A DNA stretch of 64,000 bases from NCBI GenBank assembly GCA_951406725.2, contig OX597818.1, forward strand, positions 85,312,001 to 85,376,000. Direction: 5' to 3'. How positions within the stretch are numbered: position 1 is the stretch's first letter; the number at the start of each line of letters is the position of its first letter. The notes beneath the pieces were generated by a model, which was given only the letters and a program-made list of their open reading frames with translations, was not told the origin of the DNA and ran no database searches. Shown piece after piece: positions 37,320 to 51,758 of the stretch. The DNA comes from Octopus vulgaris. Lineage: Eukaryota. The translations under genes and the position numbers were made by a program.

Positions 37320-39074
37320 TGCATGCTTTGGTTACCAATGGCTATGCAGAAGACCAACCAGCTTCCTGCTTTGATGATAGAAGAAGCTATTTGACATTTT
37401 CTAGCTAGATTCTGGCTAGGAATATACTCATACCAAGTGTTCACATTCACATGAGTTATGAGATAGACTGATAAAAATGGCAGAGGTAGAGAGGTGAAGT
37501 GCATAGAATCATATTCAGAGAGAGAGAGAGAGAGAGAAAGACAGTGCAAAAATAGTGGGAGAGGAGAGAATGAAAGATAATGGTAGAGAATCTACGACCA
37601 TACTGGAACTCTACTTTGAAAGGTTTAGTTAAACTAATCAACTCCTGTACATATTTTTCTCTCTCTTTTTCAATTTTTTTTTACGTTAAATCTGACATAG
37701 CTTATTCTGTTGGTAAGTTTTGCTGAACTAGTAAGTTAAAGGAATGTAAACAAACCAACACTGGTTGTCATGCAGTGATGGTGGTAGTGGATAAAAAGGA
37801 CACTCACACACACTTATGCATACACGTGTATACATGCACACATACACACTTCAAGGTAGTGCCTCAACACAGCTGCAGTGAAATGACTAAAACAAATAAA
37901 AGAATAAAGAATATTCTCACACACACACACACACACACACACATGATGGGCTTCTACACAGTTTCTATTGACCCAGCATGATTGCTGTTGAATGACTAAA
38001 GCATGTAAAAGATGATAAATAAGACATCATTAAGGTTGGCTGTTTTTTTTTTTTCGTTGTCCATTTGATTATATCAGTACCTGGTAACTACTGGTGTTAA
38101 TGCAATTGATCATAGACTTTCCCTGCTTCTCCTTCTCCATATTTTTGGTCGTTCCAAAGAAAAATTTCATTAATCTTAACTCCTGCTGGATCATCAAAGA
38201 CATAGTCTTTTTTGGGAATTACTCGTACCATATTCTTGGCAATAATATCAGTAAATTCCCTTGCATACTTTCATTTTATGTACATTAGTTATTGCTTTAG
38301 AAATAGTAAAAGAGAAAATTCTGCTAGAATATGAAGACACTGCAAGAGATAGGTGTGAAACTTTTCAGCTGACCAAAGGTTTGCATTTTGTGTATTCTTA
38401 TCTAAGAAAAAGGAAGAAGGGAATTATGAAAAATAGACATTTCTAGAAAGAAATTCTTTCAGATCAGAGAGGTGTATTTTTTTTTCCATGTTCTAGACCA
38501 AAGATTTCACTCTTAATTTCCATCTCTTGCCATTAGTCTTTACTTCATCTCTGTCTGTCTCTATCTCTCTTTTATAAAAACATCTTAATAATTCAATCAT
38601 GTGGTGCCCTCTGGATGGCCATTAATACAAAGAGAGTTAACTATCTCTTCACAATGTGAGGCTGGGTTAGAAATTCGAATTTGAAAAAGAGGAATATGAA
38701 AGGATATACAGAGTGCACATATATAAATATTAATATAAATACAGGTACAGCATTGATTTTCCACAACTTTTGGTTCCAAAGCATTTCCCAGTTAACTGAT
38801 TTTTCCAAGCCAGTGATGGTTACCTTGGCCAACACACTGTCTTTTAAACAAATACTAAATTTACTTAATGATATGAAATACAGGTACCTGTACGTTTGTA
38901 TAAATAATACAGGTTCATTCATACTGTACTGTGCAAGGTACCAATAAATTAGTCTGGTGGCCACAGGAATTGGACATTACTGTTTGTGAATTAGTGCGGA
39001 TTGTAAGCGGTTCCAGACCATCACTGTCTAGAAAGTTGGAGTTGAACCTGTACATAATTAAAAAATTTTCTTTT

Positions 39075-40250
39075 ATCGGCATAGGCGGAAAATTTGGAGA
39101 GTGGCTGCACAACTTCCTAAAAGACAGAAGACAGGCAGTTGTGAGCAATGGAGCCACCTCCAAGGAAACACAAATAACAAGCGGTGTTCCACAGGGCACT
39201 GTCTTGGGGCCACTGCTGTTCATAGTGGCCCTTTCAGACATGCCTTCAGTTGCTACGATGGCCACCCTTGCTAGCTATGCAGATGACACAAAAGTCTCCC
39301 ACACAATACAAAACCCTGAAAATATTGCGCATCTGCAACAGGAGTTGGATAAAATATACAGGTGAGCGGAGGACAACAACATGCAGTTTAATGCAGGTAA
39401 GTTCCAGGCCCTGCGCTACCGGCACACAAAGGTAAATGACGTGCAGACTGGATACACTGGCCCAGGAAGAATTTCAATCCCTGAGTCAAAATCAGTGCGT
39501 GACCTAGGCATTGACATGAGCAATGATGCATCTTTCCAAGTGCATATTATTAATCTGGTTATCAAATGCAGATGGCTAGCTGGATGGATTCTCCGAACTT
39601 TCAGAACAAGAGAGAAGGAGACACTGACGGTCCTCTGGAAAACATTCGTCCTCAGCCGCTTGGACTACTGCTCCCAACTATGGTCACCACACAATATAAA
39701 ACTAACAGCAGAACTCGAAGCAATTCAGAGAAGCTACACAAAGAAGATCGTCTCAATGCAAAATATCAGCTACTGGGAAAGACTGAAAGTATTAAACCTC
39801 TTCTCCCTAGAGCGGAGGCGGGAGAGATATGCGGTGATATACATCTGGAAAATCCTGGAGGGTCTTGTCCCAAACTTTGGCATTCAAAGTTACCCCAACC
39901 ACTGCATGGTGCCAAAGATTCCAACATCACCATCAAAGTACAGGACCAGATACTGCAACAGCTTGGGTTTCAGAGGACCACAGCTCTTTAACATCCTCCC
40001 TAAATGCCTGAGAGACTTACATGGTGTGGATGTGGGTTTCTTTAAAACTAAACTGGATCTCTTCTTGTCAGGAGTCCCAGATGAACCTACCTCATGACAG
40101 GAGACACAGATGCGGGCAGCAGCATCGAACTCCCTTGTTGATCAAGTGCCACGTATCAGAGTGGATTCACATATTAGTGTAGCTCATTCAGCGGTGGTGC
40201 CCCAGCATGGCCGCGGCCTTCGGGCTAAAACATTTTAAAGGATTTAAGGA
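39075..40250 (+). mobile_element. 5'-truncated non-LTR retrotransposon (CR1/L2 group), RT C-terminal half plus 3' UTR
   Basis: SGVPQGTVLGPLLF, YADDTK, MQFNAGK, RDLG, RLDYCSQLWSP and LFSLERRRER motifs. In-frame TGA at 39363-65 (W->stop). ORF ends at 40097, followed by a 3' stem-loop and a short tttaagga tail. Confidence 0.92.
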
Positions 40251-41094
40251 ATCTTTGGCAAAGTTCTTATAATTTCTCAGTGGTAGCCATGTATAGTACT
40301 ATTTCATCCTTTTTAAGAATCTCCAGCATGACTTGATTTGTAAACTTGTTAATTAGATATATAAAGAAGACATTGCAGTAATAATTACATGCCCTAAATT
40401 TTCTAAACATGTACCCCCTCTCTCTCTCTCTCTCACTATTTTGAGCACATTCAGGGCTTTGCTATTTCCCTTTTACTTAATCTTTGTATACACTCCATCA
40501 TGTTCTTTATGCACACTCTTTTCCCCCACACTCTCTCCTCCACTCTTGCTCATACTCTCTCTTTCTCTGCCATACATGTACACACATACACTACACACAC
40601 AACACATATACATACACAACATATCTACACACATGCACACATACATACACATTCGCAATATCTTTATTGATGCTATTATTACTACAACTATTATTGTTCC
40701 TTCCTCAGTTGCCCTTGCGACTATAAGAGAAACCACCACCACTACCACCACCATCATCATCATCATCATCATCATTAATACTATCATTATCGTTGTTGTC
40801 AGTTAATTTTTATTTTGTTTTACGGTTTCCACTTGAAGAATTTTTACTTGGCTGCAATGTTTGGCGACATTTAAACTACTCACCAAAATTCGTTTGGCCA
40901 ATAATTAGTTTTACCAGCCGTTTTGTAAACATTCAGTAGGCTTAAGAACTGACAAATTAAAAACTGCTAAATGGTCTTCTCACTTGTCTTGACATAATAT
41001 AATATAGTTCTAAAAGACTGTTCACTGATGTGTTAATATTGTTGTTTTCTTATGGTCATCGATTTTCATCGATTAAATAATAGCTGCTTACCTA

Positions 41095-41815
41095 CCTCGC
41101 TTAATGGTCAATCTGGGTGTTGGCGTTGGTGATGGTTGAGAATAGTTAATCCATAGCCAAGCAATTCTACTAAGTCCACCATCTAATGATTGATCTAAGG
41201 GGCAGCAATGGTGGTGTTGGTCAAGAGTTGTTAATCTAAAACCAAGCCACTCTACCATGACCTCAGCTCAATCTGGTCCTCTGGTCAGTCTAGGTGCTGG
41301 CAGTGGTGATGGTCAAGAATTGTTAATCCAAAAGCCAAGTTACTCTAGTATGTCGATTGCTTGATGGTTAAACTAGGTGGTGGTGGTGGTGAAGGATTGT
41401 TTATCCCAAACCAAAAGACTTGTTAATTCAAAGACAAGCCACTCTACCATGTCCCCTGCTGAATCTAGATGTGGTCAAGAATTGTTAATCCCAAAGCCAC
41501 GTCATTCTAGTGTTTCTGTTATTTAATGGTTAATCTCGGTGCTGATAATGATGGTAGTTGTGGTTGAGAATCCCAAGCAAAACCACTTTACCGTGTCCAC
41601 TGTTTAATAGTGAATCAAGGTTGTGGTAGTCAAGAATTGTTAATCCAAAGCCAAGCTTAATGATCAGTGTAGGTGATAGTAACAGTTTACCCATAGCCAA
41701 GCTGCTCTGCTATGTCCACTGCTCAATGGTGAGTCTAAGTGGTGGCGGTGGTAGTTGTGACAGTGGTGGTGGTCAAGAATTTTTAATTCAAAGCCAAACT
41801 GCTCTATCATGTCCA
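41095..41815. repeat. Degenerate tandem repeat, about 60-80-bp unit, about 10 copies
   Basis: Recurrent ggtcaagaattgttaatccaaagccaagccactctaccatgtcc...aatctaggtg, with (GGT)n spacers of variable length. Confidence 0.75.
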
Positions 41816-41981
41816 CATCATCACACCACACCAAACTACATTGCCATGTCTATCTTGTGTGTGTGTGTGTTGCTATTTTATTAAAGTTAGTGATCCATTT
41901 CAACTTCCGTTTATAAGCTTATTTCTATTAGGTCGGAATATCAGTGTGGTGGAGGGCAGTTCACACATATGCATGTACACA

Positions 41982-42031
<50 letters not shown>

Positions 42032-42639
42032 CTGTGCAATCATGTACATAAGCACACATACATGCATAGGTACCAATACGATGTATTCACATATGCACAC
42101 CCCACAGATACTGATACAAAACTCTACTGGACACACACATATATACACACATGAAGATGGGTACATACATATATCTACACATAGTCCAGTCTCATTTAAT
42201 ATACACAGGTTGTAGTATCACTAATGCGAGTTGATGAAATATTTTAAGATAACTTAGCCATGTCTTTCACAATTTGTCTGTAAACACTGATAACAAAAAA
42301 TTCATAAGTTTTTACCTTTGTGTAGAAAATGCTTCTCCCCAACATTTCTTTATTTGCAATGAAGGGCCTTAAAACTTCTTTAGTAATAATCAATGAAAGT
42401 AACATCAACAACATCCAACTTGTTCTCTTCTTGCTTTTTACAACAGTAGAGTTGGTTTTGTAGTGGATGATGGTTGCAGTTGGAATTTAAGGTGTAGGAT
42501 CTTTCTGCTGCTTGTGTCAGAGTGATTTCATATTTTTGTATTTTCTTTTATTTTACTATCATATGTCTTGTATTTTTACATATTATTGTAATTGTTCTTG
42601 CTGTTGCTGCTGCTATTATTATTATTGTTGTTGTTATTG

Positions 42640-43170
42640 AAGACAGCAGAACTGTTAGCATTTTGGGCAATTAGCTTAATGGCATTTCTCCTGTCTTTAT
42701 GTTGTGAGTTCAAATTCTGCCGAGGTTGACTTTGCTTTTCATCTTTTTGGGGTTGATAAAATAAGTACCAGTTAAATACTAGAGTAAAATGCTTAGTGGT
42801 AAGTCTACATTCTGAGTTCAAATTCTGATGTGGCTGACTTTGCCTTTCATCCTTTCAGGGTCAATAAGTACCACATGAGCACTGCGGTCAATGTAATCAA
42901 CTAGCCCCCTCTCCCAAAATTTCAGGCCTTGTGCCTTTTGTAGAAAGGATTATTATTATTATTAGCAGCAGTAGTAGTAGTATTAAGGCAGCAAGGTAGC
43001 AGAAGCAGTGTTACATCGAGCAAAATGTTTGATGGCTTTTCGTCTGGCTTTACATTCTGTATTCAGATTCTTAAGTACCAGTGAAACACTTGGGTCCATG
43101 TAATCGACTAGTTCCCTTCCCCACAAATTTTGTGCCTTTTGCAGATAGGATTCTTCTTATTATTATTATT
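42640..43170 (+). mobile_element. Cluster of about three partial SINE family 3 copies
   Basis: Repeated gagttcaaattc...gactttgcctttcatcctttc...aagtacca units with (att)n tails. Confidence 0.7.
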
Positions 43171-43300
43171 TCCCCAACTTCATTCTGTCAAGTTATTCTA
43201 AGCTTTGTCGTCATATCTCCGATAGGTTACGTGTGTGTGTGTGTGCAGAGTGATTGTATTTGTCTATGGAATTTGTGTATATCTTCATACATACTTGTTC

Positions 43301-43331
<31 letters not shown>

Positions 43332-43936
43332 CATGTATGTCTAGGTGTATTTTCATATTTTGAATTTATGTACGCATTTACATGAGTGAGACATTCTCTT
43401 CATCTTTCTAAAAGTTGTTTAGGCATGTGTTCTTGGCTAATGCAGTATGCATCCTTGTATGCATGTGGCTATTATAATGACAATAACATTGGTGATGATA
43501 GCGACCGTAGTTGTGGTAGTGATTATGATGGTAGTGGTGTTGGTGTTGATGATAGTAATGATGATGATGAAGACGGGAGTGGTGATAGCAATGATGTTGA
43601 CGACAAAAACTAAACTTCAACCATTTATGGATTTTTATTAAAATACTTAGTATTCTAATATTTTTTTTCTTTCTACCTTTTGATTAAGGTATTTTAGTTT
43701 TGTTTTCCAATTTATTTTTTAAAATTTAATTAAAAAATACAACAAAAAAAAATCAGAAGATTCTTTGATGAACGAAATATGTTTTATCGTTTGGTCCTTT
43801 GAGAATTACGGTTTTTGTTCCTGCCAGAAAATAACAGAAACCTAAAAAAAAAAACCCTAAAAAACAAAAGGTAGAAATGCACAAGACTGCAAGTGACAAA
43901 CCATTGCTTTTTATGTTGTGTTGTTGTTATTGTTAT

Positions 43937-43988
<52 letters not shown>

Positions 43989-44394
43989 CCGCTTTTCTTC
44001 AATTTGAGACAAGCTATTTAAAAGGAAGACATGTGATGAAAGAAAATTTCTAATTCTTAAGTCATGTGTGTGTGTTTGTGCGTGTGTGTCTTTTCCTCGG
44101 TTCAATTTGAAATCAGAAGAATATTTAGAATTTGGTTTGTGGTTTGCAGCATGCAGCATCATTTTCATCGTCTGTGTGTGTAGAAAGTGTTCCTGGGAAT
44201 TTGTTAACTTGATTGGATCAATGGATGGAAATGTTTCTATGATTAGTTACTGTTGACAACAGTGATGATGATGACGATGATGATGATGTTTGCTGAAGTG
44301 ATTATTATAAGGATGATGCTGTCAAAGAAACTTTTAGAATGAAAGCAACAGAACTAAATTCTTTACTGAAATCTAATATCTTTCAGATATTTTT

Positions 44395-44733
44395 TTATCT
44401 TTCAGCTTTTACTTGTTTCAGTCATTAGGCTGTGGCCATTTTAGGGCCATGCCTTGAAGGGTTTAATCAAACAAATTGTCTCCAGTATTTTTAAGTTTGT
44501 TACTTATTCTATTGGTCTTTTTTGTTGGTGGGGGGACAAACACAGACACCCCCTCACATAAATATATATATATACAATGGGCTTCTTTCAGTTTCTAGGT
44601 ACCAAATCCACTCACAAGGCATTTGTTGGCCCAAGGCTATTGTAGAGGATACTTGCCCAAAGTGCCACGCAGAAGGACTGAATCCAGGGCCATGTGGTTG
44701 GAGAGCAAGCTTCTTATCACACAGCCATGGCTT
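44395..44733 (-). mobile_element. SINE family 1 copy (other partial copies about 680-841 -, 3600-3755, 23235-23395, 44925-45075, 45948-46100, 51235-51510, 51905-52040 -, 60655-60795)
   Basis: Reverse complement of the same head, core and tail. Confidence 0.7.
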
Positions 44734-47700
44734 ATAAAATTTGTTCTGATGCTTTATATCCCAAGTTCAAATCCTGTTTAGGTCAATGTTGCCTTTCATC
44801 CTGCTAGGGGTCAGTGAAATGAATCACCAATCAAATACTGGGGTCCAAGGTATCAGTTAACTTCTCTTCTCCTGAAAACTGTTGGTCTTGCAACAAAATC
44901 TGATATCATTTAACTATGTATCTAAGGTGCAGATGTGGCCATGTGTTTAAGAAGCTTGCTTCCCAACCATGAAGTCTTCGTTTCAGTCCTACTGTGTGGT
45001 ACCTTGGGTAAATCTACTTTTAGTCTTGGGCTAAGCAAAGCCTTGTGAGTGGAAGGAAACTAAAAGAAGCCTGTTGTATGTATGTATGTATGTATGTATG
45101 TAATTATGTAGTATGTATACGTACATATATGAATGTGTGTTTGTATGTACCCTTCTATAGGCATTATGTGATACTTGTAAATGAATATCATTGACATACA
45201 AGGTTATTTGGTTCCAAAGTGAGGTTATTTGGTTCCAGCCTCTCTTGAAAAAACATGCAAGGACATGGAGAAAATATTGGCTTGCTTGGAGAGTAGTGAA
45301 TGTTGCCAACAGGAAGGACATCTAGGTGTATAAAATCTGCCTCAACAAATTCTGTCTGATCCATGCAAGCTGGCGAAAATGGTCATTAAATGATGATGAT
45401 GATGATATCCACTAAAATGTGTCTCTATTTTTAGTTTGTTTGGTTTACTTCCATTTTTGAGCTTCCAGCTCTCATTTTCATTCATTTCTTTAGTTGTCCA
45501 GCCATCTTTGTATGACAGTTAATTTGTCACAGAGATGAGTCATGGCAATGTGTCAACATATACTCCCATTGCTCACCTCTATGTTTCTTTATCAGTCTTC
45601 TGCTTCTAACTATCTATATTCCTCCTCAACAACCTAATAATAATGCAGTCGATTGGAGAATAGTTACCAAATCATCTGGGAAGTTATCTGAAATAGACTA
45701 ACAGGCTAACCATCTATCTTGATCAGGAGGTAGTGGTGGTGGTGGTATGGATAGAGAATATACCATTTATTTCTTATCTACTAAATATCATAAGGCTGAA
45801 ATTAAGCAAGTTCCCTTGGTAATCAACTAATCCATTCATGGCCATTAAAAGAGCTACACAGCTTTATATTCATTTATTAGTTCATATTTATTGATATGTT
45901 TAGCTTCCAGCTAGTGATGAATTGATTTATGTATCCATCTAGGATAATAGGTGCAGGCATGGTTGTGTGGTTGAGAAGTTTGCTTCCCAACTACTTAGCT
46001 CTGGGTTCAGGCCCACTGCATGATACTTTGTATTATAGTTTTGGTTCAATGTCTTATGAGTGAATGTGGAAAATTGAATTGAAAGAAGCACATCGTATAT
46101 AATTATATATATATATATGTGTGTGTGTGTGTTTACACACATGCACATACACACACAATGAATATTAATATATAGGGATAAGTTACCCAGGCGGGTATGC
46201 AGCAGAAACATATAATTATGCTGTATAATTAACTGTTGAAAGAAAAATTTGAAGTTGCACTAGTTTCTGTATTCTTTGTAATTGATTGTTTTGGATTTAC
46301 ACTCTTGAATAAATGTGTGTGTGAGTAGAAGCGAGCAATGGAATATAAAGGAGAGCAACAGAATAAGTGCCAGCCTTTAAAAGATAAGTACTGGGTCTGA
46401 TTTGTTCAATGAAAACCCTTGAAGGTGATGCCCCACCATGGCTCCAGTCCAATGACTAAAGCAAGTAAAAGATAGATGTGTGTGCATGCGTATGTGCATG
46501 TATGCATCTCCTCTTGACATCATGTGATAGTTGCAAATGGGTGTTATTGACATAATAGGCTGTATCACTCATTTCTAATATTTTGCTGGAACATATCTAG
46601 CCAAGGGGAAATGTTACCTTGCTTGAAAACAGATGAGAATTGGTGATAGGAAAGGCATCCAGCCATAGAAAATCTGCCTCAATAAATTCTATCCAACCCA
46701 TGCAAGCATGGTAAAGTGGATATTTAAAATGATGAAGAGGACCTACATTCTACATGAGCAGATCTTCTTAGCTATCAAATTTGCTTCAAATTACAGTCTA
46801 ATGGCTTTAAAAAGAAAGTAAGAGCACATTAGGTAATGTAGTCTTATATATGCCTGCACAATCAGAGCTGACTTGGGGCTAAAAAGTACAACAACAACAG
46901 AATGACTACAGCAACAACAACTGTTACTATGACAACAGCAGCAGCAACAAGGACAACAGCAACATATATGTATATATGTGGTATGTTTTCAAATATCTGG
47001 TTGTGTGTCACCAGTGTTGAGATTTGATTGGCTCAAAACTTTGCATGCCAAAGATCTGACACTATCGCTTACTAAACAATACTAGGCTAATGAATGGTTC
47101 AAAAGAAACAACAAAAGTATAATTAATTAACAAGCTAGTTAAGTTTATAGGTCATCACCACTGTTACCATAGCCATTCATAGCAGCACCACCACTGCAGG
47201 ACACATCATGAATGCCGAGATCATGATCAAACTTTTAATTAGGTAGTATGAGGAAGGAGAAAGAGAGAGGTAATGGAAATGACAGGAGAGAGAAAGAGAG
47301 AAAAAGAAAGAAAAGTAAGAGAGATAGCAGAAGGCAGAAGAGACAATGAGAGAGTAGGAAAATAAAAGAGAGAGGTGTAAGTAAGAGGAAGAGAACAAGA
47401 GATAAATAATAGAGAGAAAGTAAAAGAATGAGAGAGAATGGAAAAAACAAATAGTTGGAGAATGAGAATGTGAGAGAAATAATTAAGACAAAGGAAAGAA
47501 GAGACTAATAATTGTGAGAGAGATGCCAACAACAACAACTGGAATAACAAGTCAAAAATTAATGTAAGCAACAGCAAGTTAAGTCTGAGACAAATGAATC
47601 ACAGGAAAACCATGAATAATCTCAGAACAGGACTGGAATAAAACAATAAATAAAACTGTGTGAAATAATAGCTTGGAAGTTTTTAGATCACTTTAACCTT

Positions 47701-47872
47701 TGTGTTGCCATATTTTTGTTGAAATATACTTATGTTGTTTCAATCAATTTTTGAGAATAATGAAGAATTTAGATATTCTAAATAAATTAACATGAAATTT
47801 TGAGGGAACAATGTTTTGATTTCAATCACTTAAACAATGGAACTGAATGTAGACTGGTGGAAAGATAATATA

Positions 47873-48087
47873 TGAAGGACTGCTGAAAAGTTCCTGGCTT
47901 GAAGGGTATTGCAAAAGGCTTGGTCTCAGGCCCAGGCTTCCAAGTTCTTTTACAGGGCTTAGAAAAACTGAAGGACTGCTGCAATAAGTGGGTGAATCGG
48001 AGAGGGGAATATGTTGAATAAAGCCATAATTAACTGATCCTCATGTATTATCTTTTACCCAAAGCCAGAGACTTTTGTCTTCCCTCA
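47873..48087 (+). mobile_element. Mariner-derived MITE
   Basis: TA followed by tgaaggactgctgaaaagttcctggctt ... aaagccagagacttttgtcttccctca (degenerate TIRs). The interior encodes a mariner C-terminus, LQGLEKLKDCCNKWVNRRGEYVE*. Confidence 0.75.
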
Positions 48088-49158
48088 TCTTGTCAGATGA
48101 TAGTCATCTCGCATTTGGTGTGGTTGTTCTGATTTACTTTCATCCTTACATGTGTGCAGATGTAACTTTTCACCCGACGTCGAAGCCCATTGGGGCTTTA
48201 TAAAGTATAAAACTGATACAGACATGAAATGATATGAGACACCTGTATGTGATTGGATTTAAGCAACAAAAGCTTGTACAATACTCTTGCCACTCCTTCA
48301 ATGACCCGTGCTATTTTTATTGCAAGTTTAATGTCTGAGTATCTTTCAGCTGGAAGAGCTGCTTTCCCCACAGCTTTGTCAAAAATAGCAAGAGCCCCCT
48401 ATACTCCTGGGCATTCTGTTTGGGACCCTGACAAATACTAATTTTCTGAATCAGAACAAATCTGGGAGATAATTAAGGGGTGACTCCACTCTCTCCTCAA
48501 ATCCTAAACTCCCAAATTGGCACCACTTCACTGAATACAGTTTAATGTCATGTTCAGGACATGTTTACTCCCCCCCCCCACACACACATTGAAGTAAGCA
48601 AACAGATTGTAGACAAACAGTTATGTAAGAATAAAAGTAAAGAGTGACAGAGGCAGGCATAAGAGGTGGGCACTAGAATTGTGGTGTTCAAAGACCAAAA
48701 GAGATACAATGTGCTAAATCCATTAGATGGATAAAGTAGAGGAGAGGGGATTGATTTGAGCAATAAAGGACAAAAAACAGAAAACAAGGCAAGGAGAAGG
48801 TGGAGGAGAGCGATGGTGTCAGTAGAAATAAAATGACACTCGATGGGGTGGGGAGGTGGTAAATATAGTGGTCAATTGAACGTTGAATTATTAATTAGGC
48901 TTCAAGACATCGTTGTCATATCTGGCTCGTTACTGACTCTCCTTCATTTCCCCCTGCTTTGCACCACACTTTCCATAATTTGTGTGTGCATGTGTGTGTG
49001 TATTGGCCCTGTCTGGATTGTTTGTATGGGCCATCATCTGTACACGTTTAACCCTCTTCAGAAAATCCATTCCCCTCATATGAACAGACACACCCTTACA
49101 TTCTCAAGAGACTGGCATTGACAGATGAGCAAATGCAGATATGTATTCACAAACACAT

Positions 49159-49212
<54 letters not shown>

Positions 49213-49437
49213 AGGAAGCTGGACAGACACCTACAAAACAATAAACTGACACTGTTGTGCAGATATACATGCATGCACGCACAGGCACTAAGTTAAATAG
49301 ATAAGTGCCCACACACAAACACACACACTGAAGTTTTTATTTGTATAGATACACAACATATATACATACACACTCATGTGCACACAGAGAAACCCTTGTT
49401 GAGATTCACACACACATACACAGAGGTTTTTAGTTGC

Positions 49438-49498
<61 letters not shown>

Positions 49499-51720
49499 GC
49501 TCTAAGTTGTATAGCTTCACACAGGCATACAGAGGCTCTTAGTTGTATAAACATACATACACAAAAACAGGCACTGTGTTGTATTGGTAGACGAACATAC
49601 ACATATGTATGTGTAGCTTCAGAGGGAAAGAGAGATGGGAGATGGATGGAAAGCATGCATATTATTCGAATATAATCTCATACATACAACATCGCATTTA
49701 TATTCAAACTGACAGACACACAGCCATTTAAATACATATACACAGACAAAAAACAAAAACATAAATGCCTGGCATAATATGGTCACCTTGCCCCTGTATC
49801 TATGTCACTATGTAATGTTTGTATCAAGATATTGTCACATTGATCAACGATGACTGTCACTAAAACTTACAGACAGATAGACAGTGTAGGTGGAGCTGGG
49901 TGGGATATGAGCAGTCCCGGCTGTCTAGGACATTCCTAATAGATCACTTTTTCCTCACCTCTCCCCTACCATGATTGTGTCCCCTTCTTTTTTCTTTATT
50001 GTCTCCCCTTCTTTCTTTTCTTTATTGTCTCCCCTTTCTTTTCTTCATTGTCTTTTTTCATTACTTATTCCTCTTCCATTTACCCAATAACAACACAGAC
50101 ATTATTCAGCCCAGGCTATATTTATTGTCCAGGGTCTGCAAGTCTTTGTATTGCTTCTGCTTAGTCCAGTTCTTTTGTGATGTCATGTCCTGCTGTCATT
50201 TTCTATTGTCCATTGGTTAGATAACTTTGTTGGAGGTGTGGGAGGGCAAGATTTCCCTGGACTCAACTCTGCTCTCATTTGGTCAGGACTGATCCAGTCT
50301 TTGCTCTGTTGTTCATCCTCTCCAAAACAGTTTTTGTTAGTTCTCACAACCACACATACTCTCTCTCTGCTTGTTTCCCTCTCTGTGTACTTCTCTCTCC
50401 CTGCTCTTTTCTTTTATCTCACTGTTTATCTGCTGTTTTCTTCTCTTTGTCTTCTTCCGTAATTCCTTTGTTATAATGTCCAATTATCAAATGGTTGCAA
50501 CCCAAACACACACATACAAACACAATCCATCCATCCATCATCTTATTTTTCTCTCTCTCATGGCATGCCCTCCACTGTTCTGTTTTCTGTCATTATCATA
50601 CTGCTTTCTATGAATAACTATACCATTGTTATCCCATTGGCTTCATTGGTCAGACAATTTGGCTTTGGTGCCATGGTGTATGTATGCAGTCAACTACTTT
50701 TATCTACAATCATCAGCGCCCTTTTTGCAGCTCCATCACCACTACCACTATGACCAGTAGTTAATGTAATGGGTTGCAATCACTCCCTTGATTATTATGC
50801 AATTATTATAGTTAATACTACTACTGTCATCATTATTAGTATTGTTGCTGCTGCAGCTTGTACTACCAATATCAATGCTGCTGCTGCTGCTGCTACTACT
50901 ACTACTACTACTACTACCATGAGTGCTCCAACTGTCACTACTACCACTGCTACAATCACCACCATCATCATAACCATTGTTGTTACTACTGTTACCGTAG
51001 TGACCATCAACACCCATGGTCACTGCATATTACTAATATTAATACTGAGCACCATTGTCAGTGCTTCCTTTATCACCATCACTCCAACTACAATTAAACC
51101 CATTTCACAATCATTACTGCCAATCCTACCATGACTGCCACCATTGCTATCATGATTATTATTGACCTTCGTACTATTACTGCCACCAGATTATCTTTTA
51201 ATAGCTATTTACTCCATGCTTATTTTGGTTTCCAGAAACTTTCTTGTGCAGACATGAGGTTTTGAGTTCAATTCCACTGCATGACAGCAAGTGTCTTCAA
51301 CTGTGGTCTTGGATTAACGAATGCCTTGTGAGTGAATTTAGTTGACAGGAACTGTGTAGAAGCCCATCATATAGTTATATGCATGTGTTTGTGTGTGCTA
51401 GTCCTTCGACTGCTTAACATTTGGTGTTGGCTTGTTTACTTTCCCATAACTTAGTAGTTTGATAAAAGACACTGATAGAATAAGTAACATTTTTCAAGAT
51501 GGTGCCAGTGTCAAGTACACTCTGTAAAATGTTTGTGTTAAAATGGCATCCCTCTGTAGAAACCATGCCAAAACAAACTTTGGTTTTCAATGCTGCCCCC
51601 AGGGTTTATGATCCTCATTAGACTGCAAGCTAGCATGAAGTACCAAATGTTAAAAGATGGTGATGATTATATATGCAAATATGTGTCTGTATTTCTATGT
51701 GTAGGTTTGCATTTCTTCTT

Positions 51721-51758
<38 letters not shown>

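Noticed and set aside
38931-39074. N-terminal part of the 144-aa ORF as part of the RT
   Set aside because: RT similarity starts only near 39075 (IGIGGK). The upstream part is flanking DNA that happens to be open.
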